Source of the DNA: Paraspadella gotoi
Taxonomy: Eukaryota > Animalia > Chaetognatha
Length of the DNA stretch: 64,000 bases
Assembly (NCBI GenBank): GCA_051294375.1
Contig: CM119267.1
Coordinates: 15,478,105 to 15,542,104 of the forward strand
Reading direction: 5' to 3'
Below, piece by piece: positions 39,049-54,524 of the stretch. Under the pieces are notes generated by a model, which was given only the letters and a program-made list of their open reading frames with translations, had not been told where the DNA came from and searched no databases. Each line of letters starts with the position of its first letter. Positions within the stretch are counted from its first letter, which is position 1. The position numbers and the translations under genes are program-made.

Positions 39049-41151
39049 TCATTGACAAGAGTAAGATTTTAACTTGTCCATCTTCTTCATGTGCTCCCGC
39101 GAAACCTTGCCGAAAGCACTTTTAGTGATGGCCAGTTGAAAATCTTTTCGGCTTAGAAATAGTTTGTTGCGGAAATCGTATAGACCCGAAAAGCAATCTT
39201 TTTGTTGTAACGATGGCTGTTGATGCTGCAGTTGTTGAGCCATGAGGCAAGCCAGGGAAAATCCGGTCATAAAGGCATCGTATCCGGCTCGATGACCGTG
39301 GGTGTTGTGAATGATTCCTACCGAAGAAATGGACTCCCTAAATAAAAATAAAAAATGGCCGTTAGCAAAAAATAGAAAATTTTCAGATCAAATTGAGCTG
39401 CCATGACCGAAAAGGTCAATGACGTCGTCTTACGTTCTTTTTCCTGCCCTGGTCGATGAACCGTTCGTCCTGGTAGCTATGTGGGAATCGTCCTTGGAGA
39501 GGGCGACTCCGTCCCCTTCGCACCCTTCATTCTGCTCTTCGACATCGACCGATTGAGAGTCGAGGGCGATAGATTTGAGGCGTCGTTTGTTCTTCCTCGA
39601 TCGGCGAAATCCCTGACGATTCGTCTCCAGGTCCAAGATGTCGTCGATGTCGTGAGACATTGGGCAACTGTGGGCGGAGGTGCACCATCCGTGCGAAGCG
39701 AAATTCTCGCAGACTGTCCTGGATGACGGGAAAGGTGAAACGAGCAAACGGACATTAAATGTACGAGTACTCGAATGTCATATGAATTTAAGATAACTCA
39801 CCTTTCGCAACTGACTTGAAAGGCGGGAGGTTCCCTTATCGAACAATCTCGATACAAAACCTCCTTGGCCAATTTTTCGTTTCCGACGAAACCTCCGCTG
39901 AAGTTCAATACGACATGGGGCTTGCCTGCAACAAGATAGGACACTTTGAAAGAAAATACGGTAGAGAACCCTATCAGTTATGGCGGCGACCAGCTCCCAA
40001 CCGACACCTTTAATTTCTTTATCGTGATTCTGTCGTTGCAGCTTTCGGAATACGTAGGTGAGGTAGCTGGCATCGAGGCGGATCTTGTACTCAGCGAAGC
40101 ACTTGGTATCGTAGATTCCCGACGGGAACATCTCGGCCAAGTCCGCCACAAACGTCGACAGCAAAACAGGGAGTGGGGCATAAAGGTTGCCATAGAGAAA
40201 TACCTGGTAGTGTGACAAGAAATAAAAATAATTCCTTTAATAATTTATGCGATTTTTTTTATAATTACCAAATCCAAGATGCCGTTGTGAAGGATGAGGG
40301 GTTTTTTGGCGGCAACGATCGCGCCAAAGAGATTACGCACAGTCTTCTCTCCATTTTCCTTTTAAAAAATAGCAATTTATTGATTTAATTTTAAGGTACC
40401 AGTGGTAATAGAAATTATCGGCTGGAATATCTGGTTACAACACAACAAAATACTTAATTCTCTAATATCTAACCTTTTCAACGTCGACTCCGTGGTGATA
40501 GGGAAGGCCTTTTTCAAATTGGAGGTTGAAATCGAATCCGTGCCCGACGAGAAACATCAGCGAGTCCGGCTCCACCATGAAATCGTCCTGACACAGCGTG
40601 AAGATGTTGAAAGTTTGACACCGAAAGCGAAGGGAGGGGCTGACGGCAGAGTCGGAGCCGTCGCCGCGACCCGTCGCATCGTCAATGGGATTTGATTCGT
40701 TTCGGCAACGTTCCGATTCGCAGGCGACCTCGTCTTCCCCATTGACCTCGAGTCGGTTTGAGATTTTTTGGTTTCCGTTGGAGGAGGAGGACGACGACGA
40801 CGGGGTCTCACGAGCGAAGCAGGAAAGTCCGACAGATAGAAGCGATCGCGTCTGAGAAGAGGCTACCATCGATCGGTACCTCTCCTCGATGTCCGCCGAA
40901 TTCAGACCAGATTTGGCGCCTGCAACGGGAGGGGTGTGGGAAGTGGTCGTTCTTAATCAATTACCCACAAAAAAACCACAAAAATGTATGAAAAACGAGA
41001 AGAAGGCTCTCGCACCTAATCCACTCAGTTCAGCGTCGAGCCCGATGAAGGTTGCCGCATTGATCGTATCGAGCAGGATGGGCCAGGCCGTCTCGATGTT
41101 GTCCTTGTGGACGTCGAGGATGGGCAGTTCGTGGAAGTTGGTGCGGCTCAT
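39049..41151 (-). CDS. TOE1: Target of EGR1 (CAF1-family DEDD deadenylase with CCCH finger), 7 exons
   Basis: FIGLDAELSGLG, FLVGHGFDFNLQF, LHNGILDL, GIYDTK, ASYLTYVFRK, CENFASHGWC...C...H, HRAGYDAFMTG. Confidence 0.94.
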
Positions 41152-42058
41152 GATCGGCGAGATTCACTTTTGCGAGACAGAGCCTTACGATGTAAAGTGA
41201 TTGTGGGCGAAGACGCCAATTGAAGCGCATCAACCCCTTGGAAAATCTTTCGGCGTCATTCGGTCCTCCCTCTACAACGCCTCTGGCGGCGTCGCTCGCT
41301 TTCTTTTCTCCTTTTTACTTTTAGTTTGAGAAAATCTAGAAGGGGACTAGAGAAGGAAATTTCATCGTGATAGCGAATATATTGTTATTGTATAAATTTA
41401 GGGAATGGAAACAGAAGAGAAAACAGGAGATCATTATTCTTTTATCCCTTACGGCTTAACCTAGGAATATTTTTTGAACGACATTAACGTAAATACTTTT
41501 TAAAAATATATTCGGGTGAAAACTGGTTAACCACAATTGACGAATATCAAATGACAAGTTTATACCGTGTTAAAACGAAGCACCAAATCCTAATAAATAT
41601 CACGAAGATCCACCACGAATTTTAATTAATTTACTATAATAACTACAAGAATAGTATCACAAATTACAGGTTTAATAAAATGTTAAGCTGTTGTGTGATT
41701 GATAGGCATGATGATGAAACCTGATATTGTAACCAACCCAAGCATGTCAAACAGGCTTATATTCATTGGAAACTTTTGATTAAAACTGAAACAATTAACT
41801 TATAAAATTTTTTTGAATTCTAAAACCAATGTATGAACCTGATCACAAACTGGCCCGCAGTTACGGATACAATAAGCTTGGGAAGATTGCAAGTATGGCA
41901 AGAGTAATATAAAAATATCAAGGATCAGTCAAAGAAAAAATCTCCATAAACTATGAAAAGAGTCTTGACTAGGAACAAATTCCCCACTAAACAACTACAA
42001 TGCTGCTAGCGGATTAAAAAGCGTCTAGAGTATTGAAAATAAAATTCAATACTAATCC

Positions 42059-44984
<2,926 letters not shown>

Positions 44985-45190
44985 TTTATTCTTCGTTTCG
45001 TTCTTTTTTTAAAATTGGAGTTCCAATCGAAAAAAAATATAAGACTGAGGGCAGAATGGAAGCTAAAGCTTTTTTTAAAATTTAATTGAAACTTATAAAA
45101 ACTTTAAAAAATAAAGGACGCAACCGAAAGAAATTCCAGATCGAAAATGGAAATACTCAGTACATGATTGTTAATTTTAGGCGTTTTATT

Positions 45191-45690
45191 TTATTTAAGA
45201 GGAATGAATCGCGACGAATGTGTGGCGCCGATTCCGGGGCGACCGTGCTTGACCGGCTTGTAAGTGATGGAGAATTCCCCCAAGTAGTGACCGATCATCT
45301 CCGGTTTGATCTCCACCTGGTTGAACGTTTTGCCTTGGTAAACCCCTACAATGCTACCCACCATCTCAGGCATGACGATCATGTCCCGGAGGTGTGTCTT
45401 GACTGCCTCCGGCTTCTCTTGCGGACCACAGGCTTTCTTCGCTTTGCGCAACTTCTTGATAAGACCCATGGGCTTGCGCTTCATACCACGGCTCAATTTA
45501 CGGCGAATGCGGCAGGGAAACAACTCCATCAATTGATCGGTTGTCATGTCGAGGAGCTGCGATAAGAAATAGTCAAGTGCAGCAGGATATAATGAGAGAA
45601 ATGAAGGTACCTGATCCTTACCTGATCGAGGTCGACTCCTCTGTATGTGTACTTCCGGAAAGTTCTCTTCTTCGGTTGAACATCCGTCAT
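45191..45690 (-). CDS. RPS15: 40S ribosomal protein S15 (uS19), 2 exons
   Basis: [21 protein letters not shown]...VKTHLRDM...[33 protein letters not shown]. Confidence 0.99.
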
Positions 45691-45860
45691 CTTTGCAATT
45701 TCGTCGACCAACAACTTAAAAAAATCTGGAGTTTAAAAAAAAAAAGTTAATATTTAAATTCAAGAGGGCGGACATAGAAAACATAAAAAATAATAGGCAA
45801 ATCCATGAACAGAAAATTTTGAGTAATAAAAAAATAATGACGACTAGATTTTATTGAGTA

Positions 45861-46553
45861 TCAGACGTTTAATGTGCTTGTCACGGTTTTGGACGCCGTT
45901 CTGTAAAACAGCTTAGAAAAGAAGGACAGTCCCTTCTGCCCTCCAGGCAAGTAGCTGACAATGTACCAAATCAGGGCCACGATTTGCAAGATGGAAGATA
46001 CGACTGTCAAGGCCGTCGACCTAAGACCCAGCGCAAAGTATACGGTCAACGCCAAAGTCCCGAAGTAAGCGCAGGTGAAGATCCACCGTTCGCGAGAAAA
46101 AAGGTGGCGCATGTGGGCGGTAAAACCCCAAAGGAAGGAAAATGAAGAAATAACGAAGATGGAACCGAGAGTAAAGAGGAGGGCGAACTTCCTGGCCTTG
46201 AGCAGCAGCACCGGCAAGTAAAGCGAGGCCATGCCGAAGCAAACAACGCCGCCAGCCAGGCAAAGAACAAAGCCCAGCAATCGTTGCTTGCGCGAAAACC
46301 AAGCGGCACCGGGATCGTCGTCACCGGTTCCGCTTTGAAACCAGAAGGTTGAGGATGAAGAGGAGGCGTGGTTGTCGGGCGGAGGGGAGGAGGAAAAATT
46401 TTTCGAGAACCATGATCCAAGGCTGTTGGCGGAGGGCTCCACCGAGACAAGGTTTTCCCGACTGGAAGAAGTCGACGGCACCGACTTTCCAGATTTGTTG
46501 AGATAAGCCTTGAGATCGTCCGCGATGCCAACGGAATTGTTAGACGAAGCCAT
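45861..46553 (-). CDS. SFT2D3: Vesicle transport protein SFT2C (Got1/Sft2 family), intronless
   Basis: SRKQRLLGFVLCL...LLKARKFALLFTLGS...HLFSRER...ALIWYIVSYLPGGQKGL; four TM segments. Confidence 0.9.
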   Translation of the reverse strand: MASSNNSVGIADDLKAYLNKSGKSVPSTSSSRENLVSVEPSANSLGSWFSKNFSSSPPPDNHASSSSSTFWFQSGTGDDDPGAAWFSRKQRLLGFVLCLAGGVVCFGMASLYLPVLLLKARKFALLFTLGSIFVISSFSFLWGFTAHMRHLFSRERWIFTCAYFGTLALTVYFALGLRSTALTVVSSILQIVALIWYIVSYLPGGQKGLSFFSKLFYRTASKTVTSTLNV

Positions 46554-46861
46554 TCGAGTTTTGGCAGAGCGATATTCAACCAAGATGTCGCCGCACACGT
46601 CATTCGTTCATATTTTTTATCTCGTGACGTTTTAACAACTAATGTGAATATCAACGGAAAAAAAATTATATTCTTTCAGAACTAGAAAACGATTTTTAAA
46701 CTGGAAAACTGGAAGCTACCAAGATTCATGGTGGAATCAAAAATGTTTTCTTAAAAACAAACTGTCTATAAAAGAAGCCGCGCTTCGCCGATTTTTGGAC
46801 GTCAAATTTGAAAGAATCGCTGACTGCGGCATTCACCCGAGGATGAGAATACCGATACAAA

Positions 46862-48831
46862 TCACTTGGAGACGCTCTGCTTCTTGGAAGTTTTCTCCGA
46901 CGTCGACTCCCGCAGGGACGCGGAGGATCGGCGTCGGGAGAGTTTGCGCTCCTGAAAATAAAAATATATAAGTGGCGTTTTAATGTATTCTGTACAGAAG
47001 CGTTCGATCCATTCTCGGAGACTTAAATTGACCATAAAATAGCTACCTTCTTTTCCTTCTGCCGAAGAGCCAACAGCTTGGCGTAATCGTTGGCTTCTTG
47101 CTTGGCTTTGGCGACGCGCGCTCGCTTTTGAGCCTTGGCGCGACGGGCGCGTTGAAGCACGAGAGGCGTGATGAGACGCTGAATCTTAGGAGCCTTAGTC
47201 TTCGGCTTGGTTTGACCCTCCTTCAATTTCAGAGGCCTGATCGGAAGGAAGATTATGCGAAATAAAATCAAACTAGACGTAGACAACGTTATTGTACCCC
47301 GTGAGCCAAATCCGATGATACGAAAGAAACCACTGCCGTACTCTACTGAGCTGAGATAGACTTAGTCAGATTTTTTTAAATGATAAACAACTACTTGATG
47401 TTTTTTGTGTATAATTTTATTTTAATCAATTATCATTAATAACTTCAAATCTATTTTCTCACAAAGATGATGAAATCGCCAAATAATATGTCCATAAACC
47501 TTTTGGTTCCTGAGAGAATGATGCTCCAGCCTTTATTCAAATAATTTTAGCTGGCTGATTAAGCAATTTCCAAGACTGATTTTTTGTGCCAAAAGATTAT
47601 TGGCAAGACGAAGATGTCTATTCACTGCCTATAATTAGCTTGTCCTTTGAAAACTAAAGAAAGAGGAGTGCTTATGGCAAGACAATTTCAAAAATGGTAG
47701 TTTAAGCTCGATAAAGTGACCATTGAATCACAGCATCCGCTGCATAAAAGTTTTTTACCTTAATTTTTCAAGAAAAATCAGTTCGAGAAGGGGGGATATT
47801 CCTTAGGCTTAGCTATCCTGAGTTTCCAACCTATAAAATCTTATTTTTTTTCTTTTGGTGATTTAGAACTAGAAAGGTTTATAAGCAGAAACCAAAGTTG
47901 TTTTGGACATTCGACTTTCATAATGGTAAAATATTAGAGCTGATTTTGGACAAGGTTTTTTCCTTCATGAAGAAGAACTTTTTCTAGCGATGCCGAGTTT
48001 TTTGTACTTGCTTTGATAGCATTTTGAAAATATTTTAAAGCATTTTTAAGCAATGTTTACGTATAATTAATTTTCTTTCGTATCATCGGATTTGGCTCAC
48101 GGGATAAAAAGTGGACTAGCCTTCTGACGACGTATTGGCGAACGTCGTCTTCTTTGCTCAAATTGAACAACTTTCTGATCTTTCCAGCTCTCTTCGGCCC
48201 CAGGCGACGAGGAATCGTCGTGTCGGTCAAACCTGCAATACCAAATAAAAAAAAAAATTAATAGTCCCTGAGAATTATATGAGCAATCTGCACGTAAAAT
48301 CTAAGCCTCACCCGGAATGTCACTCTCTCCTTTTTTCACGATGATAAGGTGCAGAACGGAGAGATTGGCATCGACGATGCATCTGAAAAAAGCACAAAAC
48401 TAAATAACTTTTGCTCAAATTTGCTTAAAACATACTGCGCTGCTCACCCTCGGACGCTCCTGCGATGGCGCTGGCCGTCGCGTCGAGGGCGATAACACTT
48501 GTGATTAGCGCCCAACAACAGGCGGACCCGACCGTTGGTGAGAACCCCTTGCATCATGGGGAAACCTAGTAAAACAGGGAATAAAAAAGTTAAGCGCCCG
48601 AGCGAATCGGTTTTTAAGGATTTAAATCTATTTCGCCGTGATAAAAGAAAAACCTTGTTTGTCGTTTCCACCGCCGATTCGAAAGACATAGCCCTTCCAT
48701 TCGTCGCCCAGTGAATCGCCGGGGACCTCCTGCGCCATCTTCTTGTCGAAGAAAACGCGGAGTTTTTTGTCGTCCTCGATCTCGATTAGTTTTTGACATC
48801 CGGTGGCGGGATAAGCGATGTTCAGCTTCAT
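46862..48831 (-). CDS. RPS6: 40S ribosomal protein S6 (eS6), 6 exons
   Basis: [60 protein letters not shown]-terminal RRRSSASLR phospho-tail. One GC-AG intron. Confidence 0.99.
47297..48104. mobile_element. Non-autonomous TIR element in an RPS6 intron
   Basis: Perfect 32-bp inverted ends CCCGTGAGCCAAATCCGATGATACGAAAGAAA (47298-47329 / 48072-48103), with TA one base further out on both sides. Confidence 0.88.
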
Positions 48832-48973
48832 TTTTTGGCGCTTACGAATTTACTTCAAATACATTTAAACTAAAACGTAAATAAATAGAAGTAAATTAAA
48901 GATGTAACACAGAAAATAAATAAATTAAACAGCGTTTTAAAGTCAAAATGCAACGGAAACAAAATGAAAAAAT

Positions 48974-50478
48974 CTAAACGATAATTTTGACGACTTTATC
49001 TGATCGCAATTTGCGGTGCATGACCACGCCGGCAATCATGTTTTCGCTCAAAGTCCACAACTTAAGCGCAAGACGATCGTCGATGGCGGCAAGTGATGGC
49101 TGGCACCTCTGACAGTTGTTGAAGTAGGCGCCGGGCGGCATGGACTCGTGCCCTTTGTCTGTCAGGGCATAAATAGGACAGGCCGCTGCTTGGGACAAAG
49201 TCTTGGAAAAGGGCCGTGCCAAGAAGAACAACAGACGGTACGCCCACCAGTTGCGAGAGAGGTCAGAGTGAACGAGGTTCCCAGGATGACAAGAGTTCGC
49301 CACAACGCCATATCGCTCAAGCCGCTTGTGAAGTTCGTAGACAAAAAGCTGCAGACAGAGTTTGGAATCGTTGTAGGCGGCGACGTTGACGAAGTTGTCG
49401 GCGTCGCCGGGAGAGAGCCGCGCCGACGAAACGTTGGCCACGTCAAGTTCCGAAAAGCGGTGCGACTCTGCGGAGATGGCGGTGACGCGCGCGGGGCTCG
49501 ACACTCGAAGCGTCGACTCGAGGAGGCGAGTCAAGTAGAAGTGTGACAAATAGTTGATCTGAAAAGTTGATTCGAACCCGTTCTCGGTAAGACCGAAAGG
49601 AAGGCCAAGAGCTCCAGCATTTAGAAGAAGGAAATTGAGGCGGGAATGGCGAGAAGTGAAAGATTTCACGAAGGCCTTGACCGAGTCGAGGGAAGTCAAG
49701 TCTAGATGAATCAACTCCAACGAAGCCTTCGGACGTTCTGCTTTTATTTTTCTAGCGGAGAAAGTAATAATAAATTACGTAAGACTCATTCCAGCAAACG
49801 TGCATGTCGTAATTAAACACACTTTAGAGCCGCTTCCCCTTTTCTAGTGTCGCGACACGCGATGACCACGTGACATCCGTAAAGGGTCAATGCTCTGGCG
49901 CATTCAAAGCCTATTCCGCTGCTGCCCCCTGAAAGTGAAGTAAGATAAAACAATTTGAAATAAGAGTTAATCACAATGTAAATGAGTCATCCCTCTCACC
50001 GGTGACGATGGCCACGTGATCCGTGAGATTTCTGGCCACGAGGACCTGCGCGGCGGTGGAAGCTGCGTCGAAAAGGACGCGGGTCTTTGAGCAAGTGTAA
50101 GCCGAGCCGTCTTTAGTGCGCTTCTCCTCGAGGGCGAAGGCGAGGCGTGGATCCGTGTAGGTCGTCGTCTCGTTAACATGATCAACGAAATACAAGTGGC
50201 CCGAGGAGCTGATCTTTGCCTCCCAACCGTACGGCAGCTCACCTTAAAGAGGGACCATGGGAAAAACATGCGTATGAGAAGGTAAATTAGTGGAATAATA
50301 ATTAGGCGTTCTCTCTCCCACCGGCTATGCGTTTGCTCTTTCCGGTGGTGGGATGAGCCCACTGCGTCCGGGACTCGTTATGATTAGCGTAGAATACGCG
50401 GCCGTCGGGCGTGGCGCGCTCCTCCCACCCTGAGGGCAACTCATCTTCACTGTCAGTGTCAATCGCTGCCGAGGACAT
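48974..50478 (-). CDS. WWOX: WW domain-containing oxidoreductase, 4 exons
   Basis: [15 protein letters not shown], second WW domain ELPYGWE...DPRLAF, SDR motifs IVTGGSSGIG and YNDSK, HPGN. Confidence 0.96.
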
Positions 50479-50801
50479 CGAGGCGTTAAGTTTAATTTTT
50501 CAAATCCTCACTTCTCTAATAGGTATCAATCTGTAAATAATTAGGAGATCAAAAAATCAAATCCCCAAGAATAAACCAAAACCTGTATCTGATACAGTGT
50601 ATCATGAACTAAAACAATTAGGATTCTTTTTTTGTAACTACATTCATCCACTGGTGAAATAAAAATTAAAAAATAGTGATAATTAGCTTCTTCAAAACTC
50701 ATAAAACAAATTATTCTAAGTCTATTATTACTGTTGATTGACTAAATGATCTGACATGTACAGACTTATTATATTTCTTCAATCGAAATATTGCTGCCTT
50801 C

Positions 50802-51915
50802 TCACTGCTTCTTAGAAATTTCCATTCGTCGCATGGCATTGTACCGCGAAACATTCGCGAGTAATAGTAAAAAGTTTGTGATGTACGTGGATATGCAAAC
50901 CAAACAAATGTCTTCTAAAACAAAGTAGAGGATATAGGCGAGATAAATGGTCCCTAAATTTGCTAATATCGATGTACCGAGTTGAATTTTGTAGGCCCTA
51001 CGACCTTTCAGATCGCTGTGAAACGTAAAATTAATGTACTAAACACGTGAGTCTTTAAGCTAAAAATGCACAAAGAAACTAACCTCAATATGAGTTGAAG
51101 AATGTAGAATACTATTCCTAGGTAGGGGTTTCGCGCGTTCAACGGATGCTCGTCGCCGATCAGATAACCTATATTTCATGTAAATAAACTATTATGACAA
51201 CAGCCGGGTTGCCTGTGATGCCCATTTGGATTGGGCATCTCACTGTTGGCTTTAGGGGGCTTCCGACTCTCAGTGACGCCTCCTGTCACTGGCGCGGTTA
51301 CACGAGGAGGGTCTCGATTTGCCAACGCAGAGGGAAGTCGTTAGGACTGTGGATGGAACGCAACGCCTGAGAAGGTGCGTTCCCCCTCTGAGCCATTGGG
51401 TTTGGCGTGACGTGAGGTAGTGTGAATATACTGCCACACTATGAATTGTTAAGATTATGAACGTTACGAATTCTTCAGAAGATTAAATCCGCGACATATT
51501 TACCGAGTATTCCAAAACCTTTTCCCCATTTCGAGGTAAGTACTTTAGAACAAGACATCGCTTCGTTGATGTCGCACATAGCTTCATAATGTGGGTTAGC
51601 CTCTTTATTATACTCCACCGTTAACGCATAGACGCAGATCACGACTCCAATGATGCATAACAACACAGTCGCTCCCTGGTGAGGGAGAGTATAAAAATAT
51701 CAATATTCTAAAATAATAGATAACAGAATATGATTACGTACTTTGTAATTGCAGCCATAGTTCCATATCCATCTTCTGTTTTCAGAGTCGCTGCCATTTT
51801 TTAAAAAGATAACGTGCTTTTGTCTTTCTTGCCCCGGAACAATAGAGGCATTAACTCTTTGCCTTACTTGACCACGGGTCATGTGACCATCGTGACCGAT
51901 AGTTTTTGTCGCCAT
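50802..51915 (-). CDS. VKORC1: Vitamin K epoxide reductase, 4 exons
   Basis: YEAMCDINEAMSCSKVLTSKWGKGFG loop cysteines and the CLVC redox motif. First exon is either 51915-51868 (TAG|ATG, GTAAGG donor) or starts at ATG 51797. Confidence 0.93.
51198..51442 (+). other. GC-rich multi-hairpin element in VKOR intron 2 (structured RNA or retroelement 5' region)
   Basis: Stems gatgccca/tgggcatc, gttggc/gccaac, cagtgac/gtcactg, cagaggg/ccctctg, ggaacgca/tgcgttcc (capped by cct-GAGA-agg), tagtgtg/cacacta. Stands out from the AT-rich introns. Confidence 0.5.
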
Positions 51916-52026
51916 CTAGAGTTATTAAACTGGGTTAAAATGGGCACCAAAACAATAGTAGAGAAGAGGAAACAAAATGACATAGTTTGAACGAAATAAT
52001 CGAAGACAACGACAGCTCAATCTCCT

Positions 52027-54320
52027 TCATTCCTGTTTCTCTTCCTCCTTGTAATGTCTGAACTCGGGTTTCAGCTCCCACATATTTTTGTGCGGGGCTT
52101 TCATGTTGTAGACGCAGAGTTCATGGAGGATCTCCTTAAGGTAAGTGATCGGCTGCTGGGTAATTCGGACAAGGTCTTTGAGGGAGTAGTATTGATGCTT
52201 CTCGAAGGCGGAGAAGAGCATCTCCTGAACCTTATCCCTGTCGGCGCGCATCTTCTTGGCTTCGCCCTTTTGACGAGATTCCATGAGATTGGCGTGCGTG
52301 GCCACGGGTTTGTAAGCATTGACAATGGTGTTTATGTGTTGCACCGAACGCTTAGGCTTTTGAGAATTTTCAATCTGTTTCTTTTTCATTTGCATGTAGT
52401 TGGAAGAGTATATGGGCCTACATTCCGCTCGACGAATCACGTGGCCCTCCAATCGTAATTTCGGCTGGAATCTTAAAAAAGAAATTTGCGCGCTCATAGG
52501 CTAGGATAACATTGGCCGATCTGTAACTTGGCTCGACTTACTTGGGCGAGACGTCCGTATCTTCTTTCGTGTCGGACGAATCCTCTTTGGCTAAATAAGG
52601 CAAAGGCCATAAGCAATATGGAAGTTACAGAAATTGTTTAAGTTTTGCAGTTCAAGACAATCCAAAACAAACCTAAACTTTCATGAGAAAAAACGGCCAA
52701 AACTTGATCGGGTCTTCCCAGGGTAAACTTGTGTTCCTTAGGAACAACTTGATTTCCTACAAAATTTTCAAAAAAGTGACCATTGATAAATTACCTAATA
52801 AAAATCTTAAAAGCATAAGGATCGTCGCAATCGCATAAGAAAAATCTGGATTGACGACAAATTTTGATACTAAAAAAATCAAATTTGAGAAAAAAAAAGA
52901 AAATAAAATTAAAATTTAATAAAAAATAAAATAAATAAAATTCAGCTCCTTGTATTTTGATGCTAGTGCGGAGTACAATAAGTATTCCCCGATCTAATAC
53001 TTAAGGGAGTGGTCTTTTCATACAATTGAAACATTCTTTGAAATATTTTCCACTTCATTGATAGGGAAGCCAGGTAATCTGGGAGTAAATAAACGGGACT
53101 GTGAGAGAGTCTTGATTGAAAGCTTGCAGGGACCTGCTATGTAATTATCTTGTAAGAGTGATGGAGGCCTTAAACCACCAAAGCCTGTCCAAAGTCAGGG
53201 GCAAGATAGCTTATTTATTAAATGAATGGATAATTTTTATATTGGTTGTACCAATTTCATAAAGAATAATGAATATAATTATAAAACGGTAAAATAACTT
53301 ATTTTCGAGTTTAATTTTTAGCAAGTGCTAAGTCTGGAAAAACATTATTGAAGGTACTTTTGTTTTACTTTTAGCCCGCATATGCGAGCAGTTTGATCGA
53401 ATGCGACCTCTCTAAACTATCAACATTCCCAGACAAAAGAAAGTGGAACTTGAATCAGACTGACAAATGAAGTAAAGACTAAAGTTAGGGACCAACTCCA
53501 GAGATAATATAAAATTTCGACTATTAGCAAAGTATTTTTGGTTGTCTTGACTAAATATTTAAGCAATCATTTTCCAAAAAAATTTACATTATACGTCTTG
53601 ATTAATACATTAAATATTACTTGTCTTTTTTCACATTATAAAAATTTTTTTTTTAAATCTTAAAATGTTTTGATGGATTCTGATAGAGCATAAAAAGTTA
53701 AACAAGAAATATAATTACAGCTTTTAAAAATTCTTACGTTTTAAAATTTTAAAATTATTAAAAAAAATTTTGGCCTTTCCTATTTATAAATAAATATTAA
53801 AAAATTAATTATTTGGGTATAGAGCAATATTAGAAATTTTTTGTCTATTGAAAGTATTCTTAAAAATGTCTAAATATTCGTTTGAGCATGTATTCGCTCT
53901 AAATTTTTTACTCACCCCATTGAGAGCGGCTACCCCTAATTAGATATCACTTGGGCTTATTCTAATTCGTAAACAATCATTCAATTCCCACCTAAGGGTT
54001 TTGGTCCACCCTCAGCTGGTTCGGAGTCGTTTTGAAGGAGTTTGTCGGGAAGGATGAGCGTGACTTCTTGTTCTTTGCCTTTTTCAGCCTGAACGATACG
54101 AATCTTCCCTACCTCCTCGGAAACGCTACCTTCTGTGACGGCGGATGAGGCCTCTTCCCATTTCTGAGATATATATTTAGGGACCTAGAAGAGGACCCAG
54201 CCTATGAATTTGACTTAGTAAAAATTTTAATGAATCTTCATTTATAATAAAAGAAAAGCTCACCTTGACTAACCACAACCCACGAGCCGCCCAAGTTGTA
54301 TCCAATTCTTTCCATTCCAT
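52027..54320 (-). CDS. GTF2F2: General transcription factor IIF subunit 2 (RAP30), 5 exons
   Basis: ARGLWLVKVPKYI, VPKEHKF, LEGHVIRRAECRP, MLFSAFEKHQYYSLKDL, WELKPEFRHY. Confidence 0.96.
53560..53880. repeat. Degenerate copy of the AT-rich dispersed repeat also found in the UAP1 intron
   Basis: ggattctgatagagcataaaaag is a near reverse complement of ctttttgagctctatcagaatca (about 19173-19197). tatttataaataaatattaaaaaa is shared with about 18703-18726. Confidence 0.55.
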
Positions 54321-54524
54321 TTTACAAAGTTTAAATAATTATTAGTAGAAAGTTTTGAAAAATACTCCTAAAATCGAATTGAATATAAGAAAAAAAAGTG
54401 TGTAAAATCTTCAATGAGGAAGAAAACACCTTATAGGGAATGTAATTTAAAAACACTAAGGCTATGAGGCACAACAGTTCAAATATAAAAATTAACAAGA
54501 AAATATACAATGTAATTAACATTG

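Noticed and set aside
51198-51442. Intronic RNase P/MRP RNA, complete HDV ribozyme or hammerhead ribozyme
   Set aside because: I could not find both halves of the P4 pseudoknot, a CUGANGA/GAAA core, or complete HDV P1/P2 helices. Kept only as an unassigned structured element.
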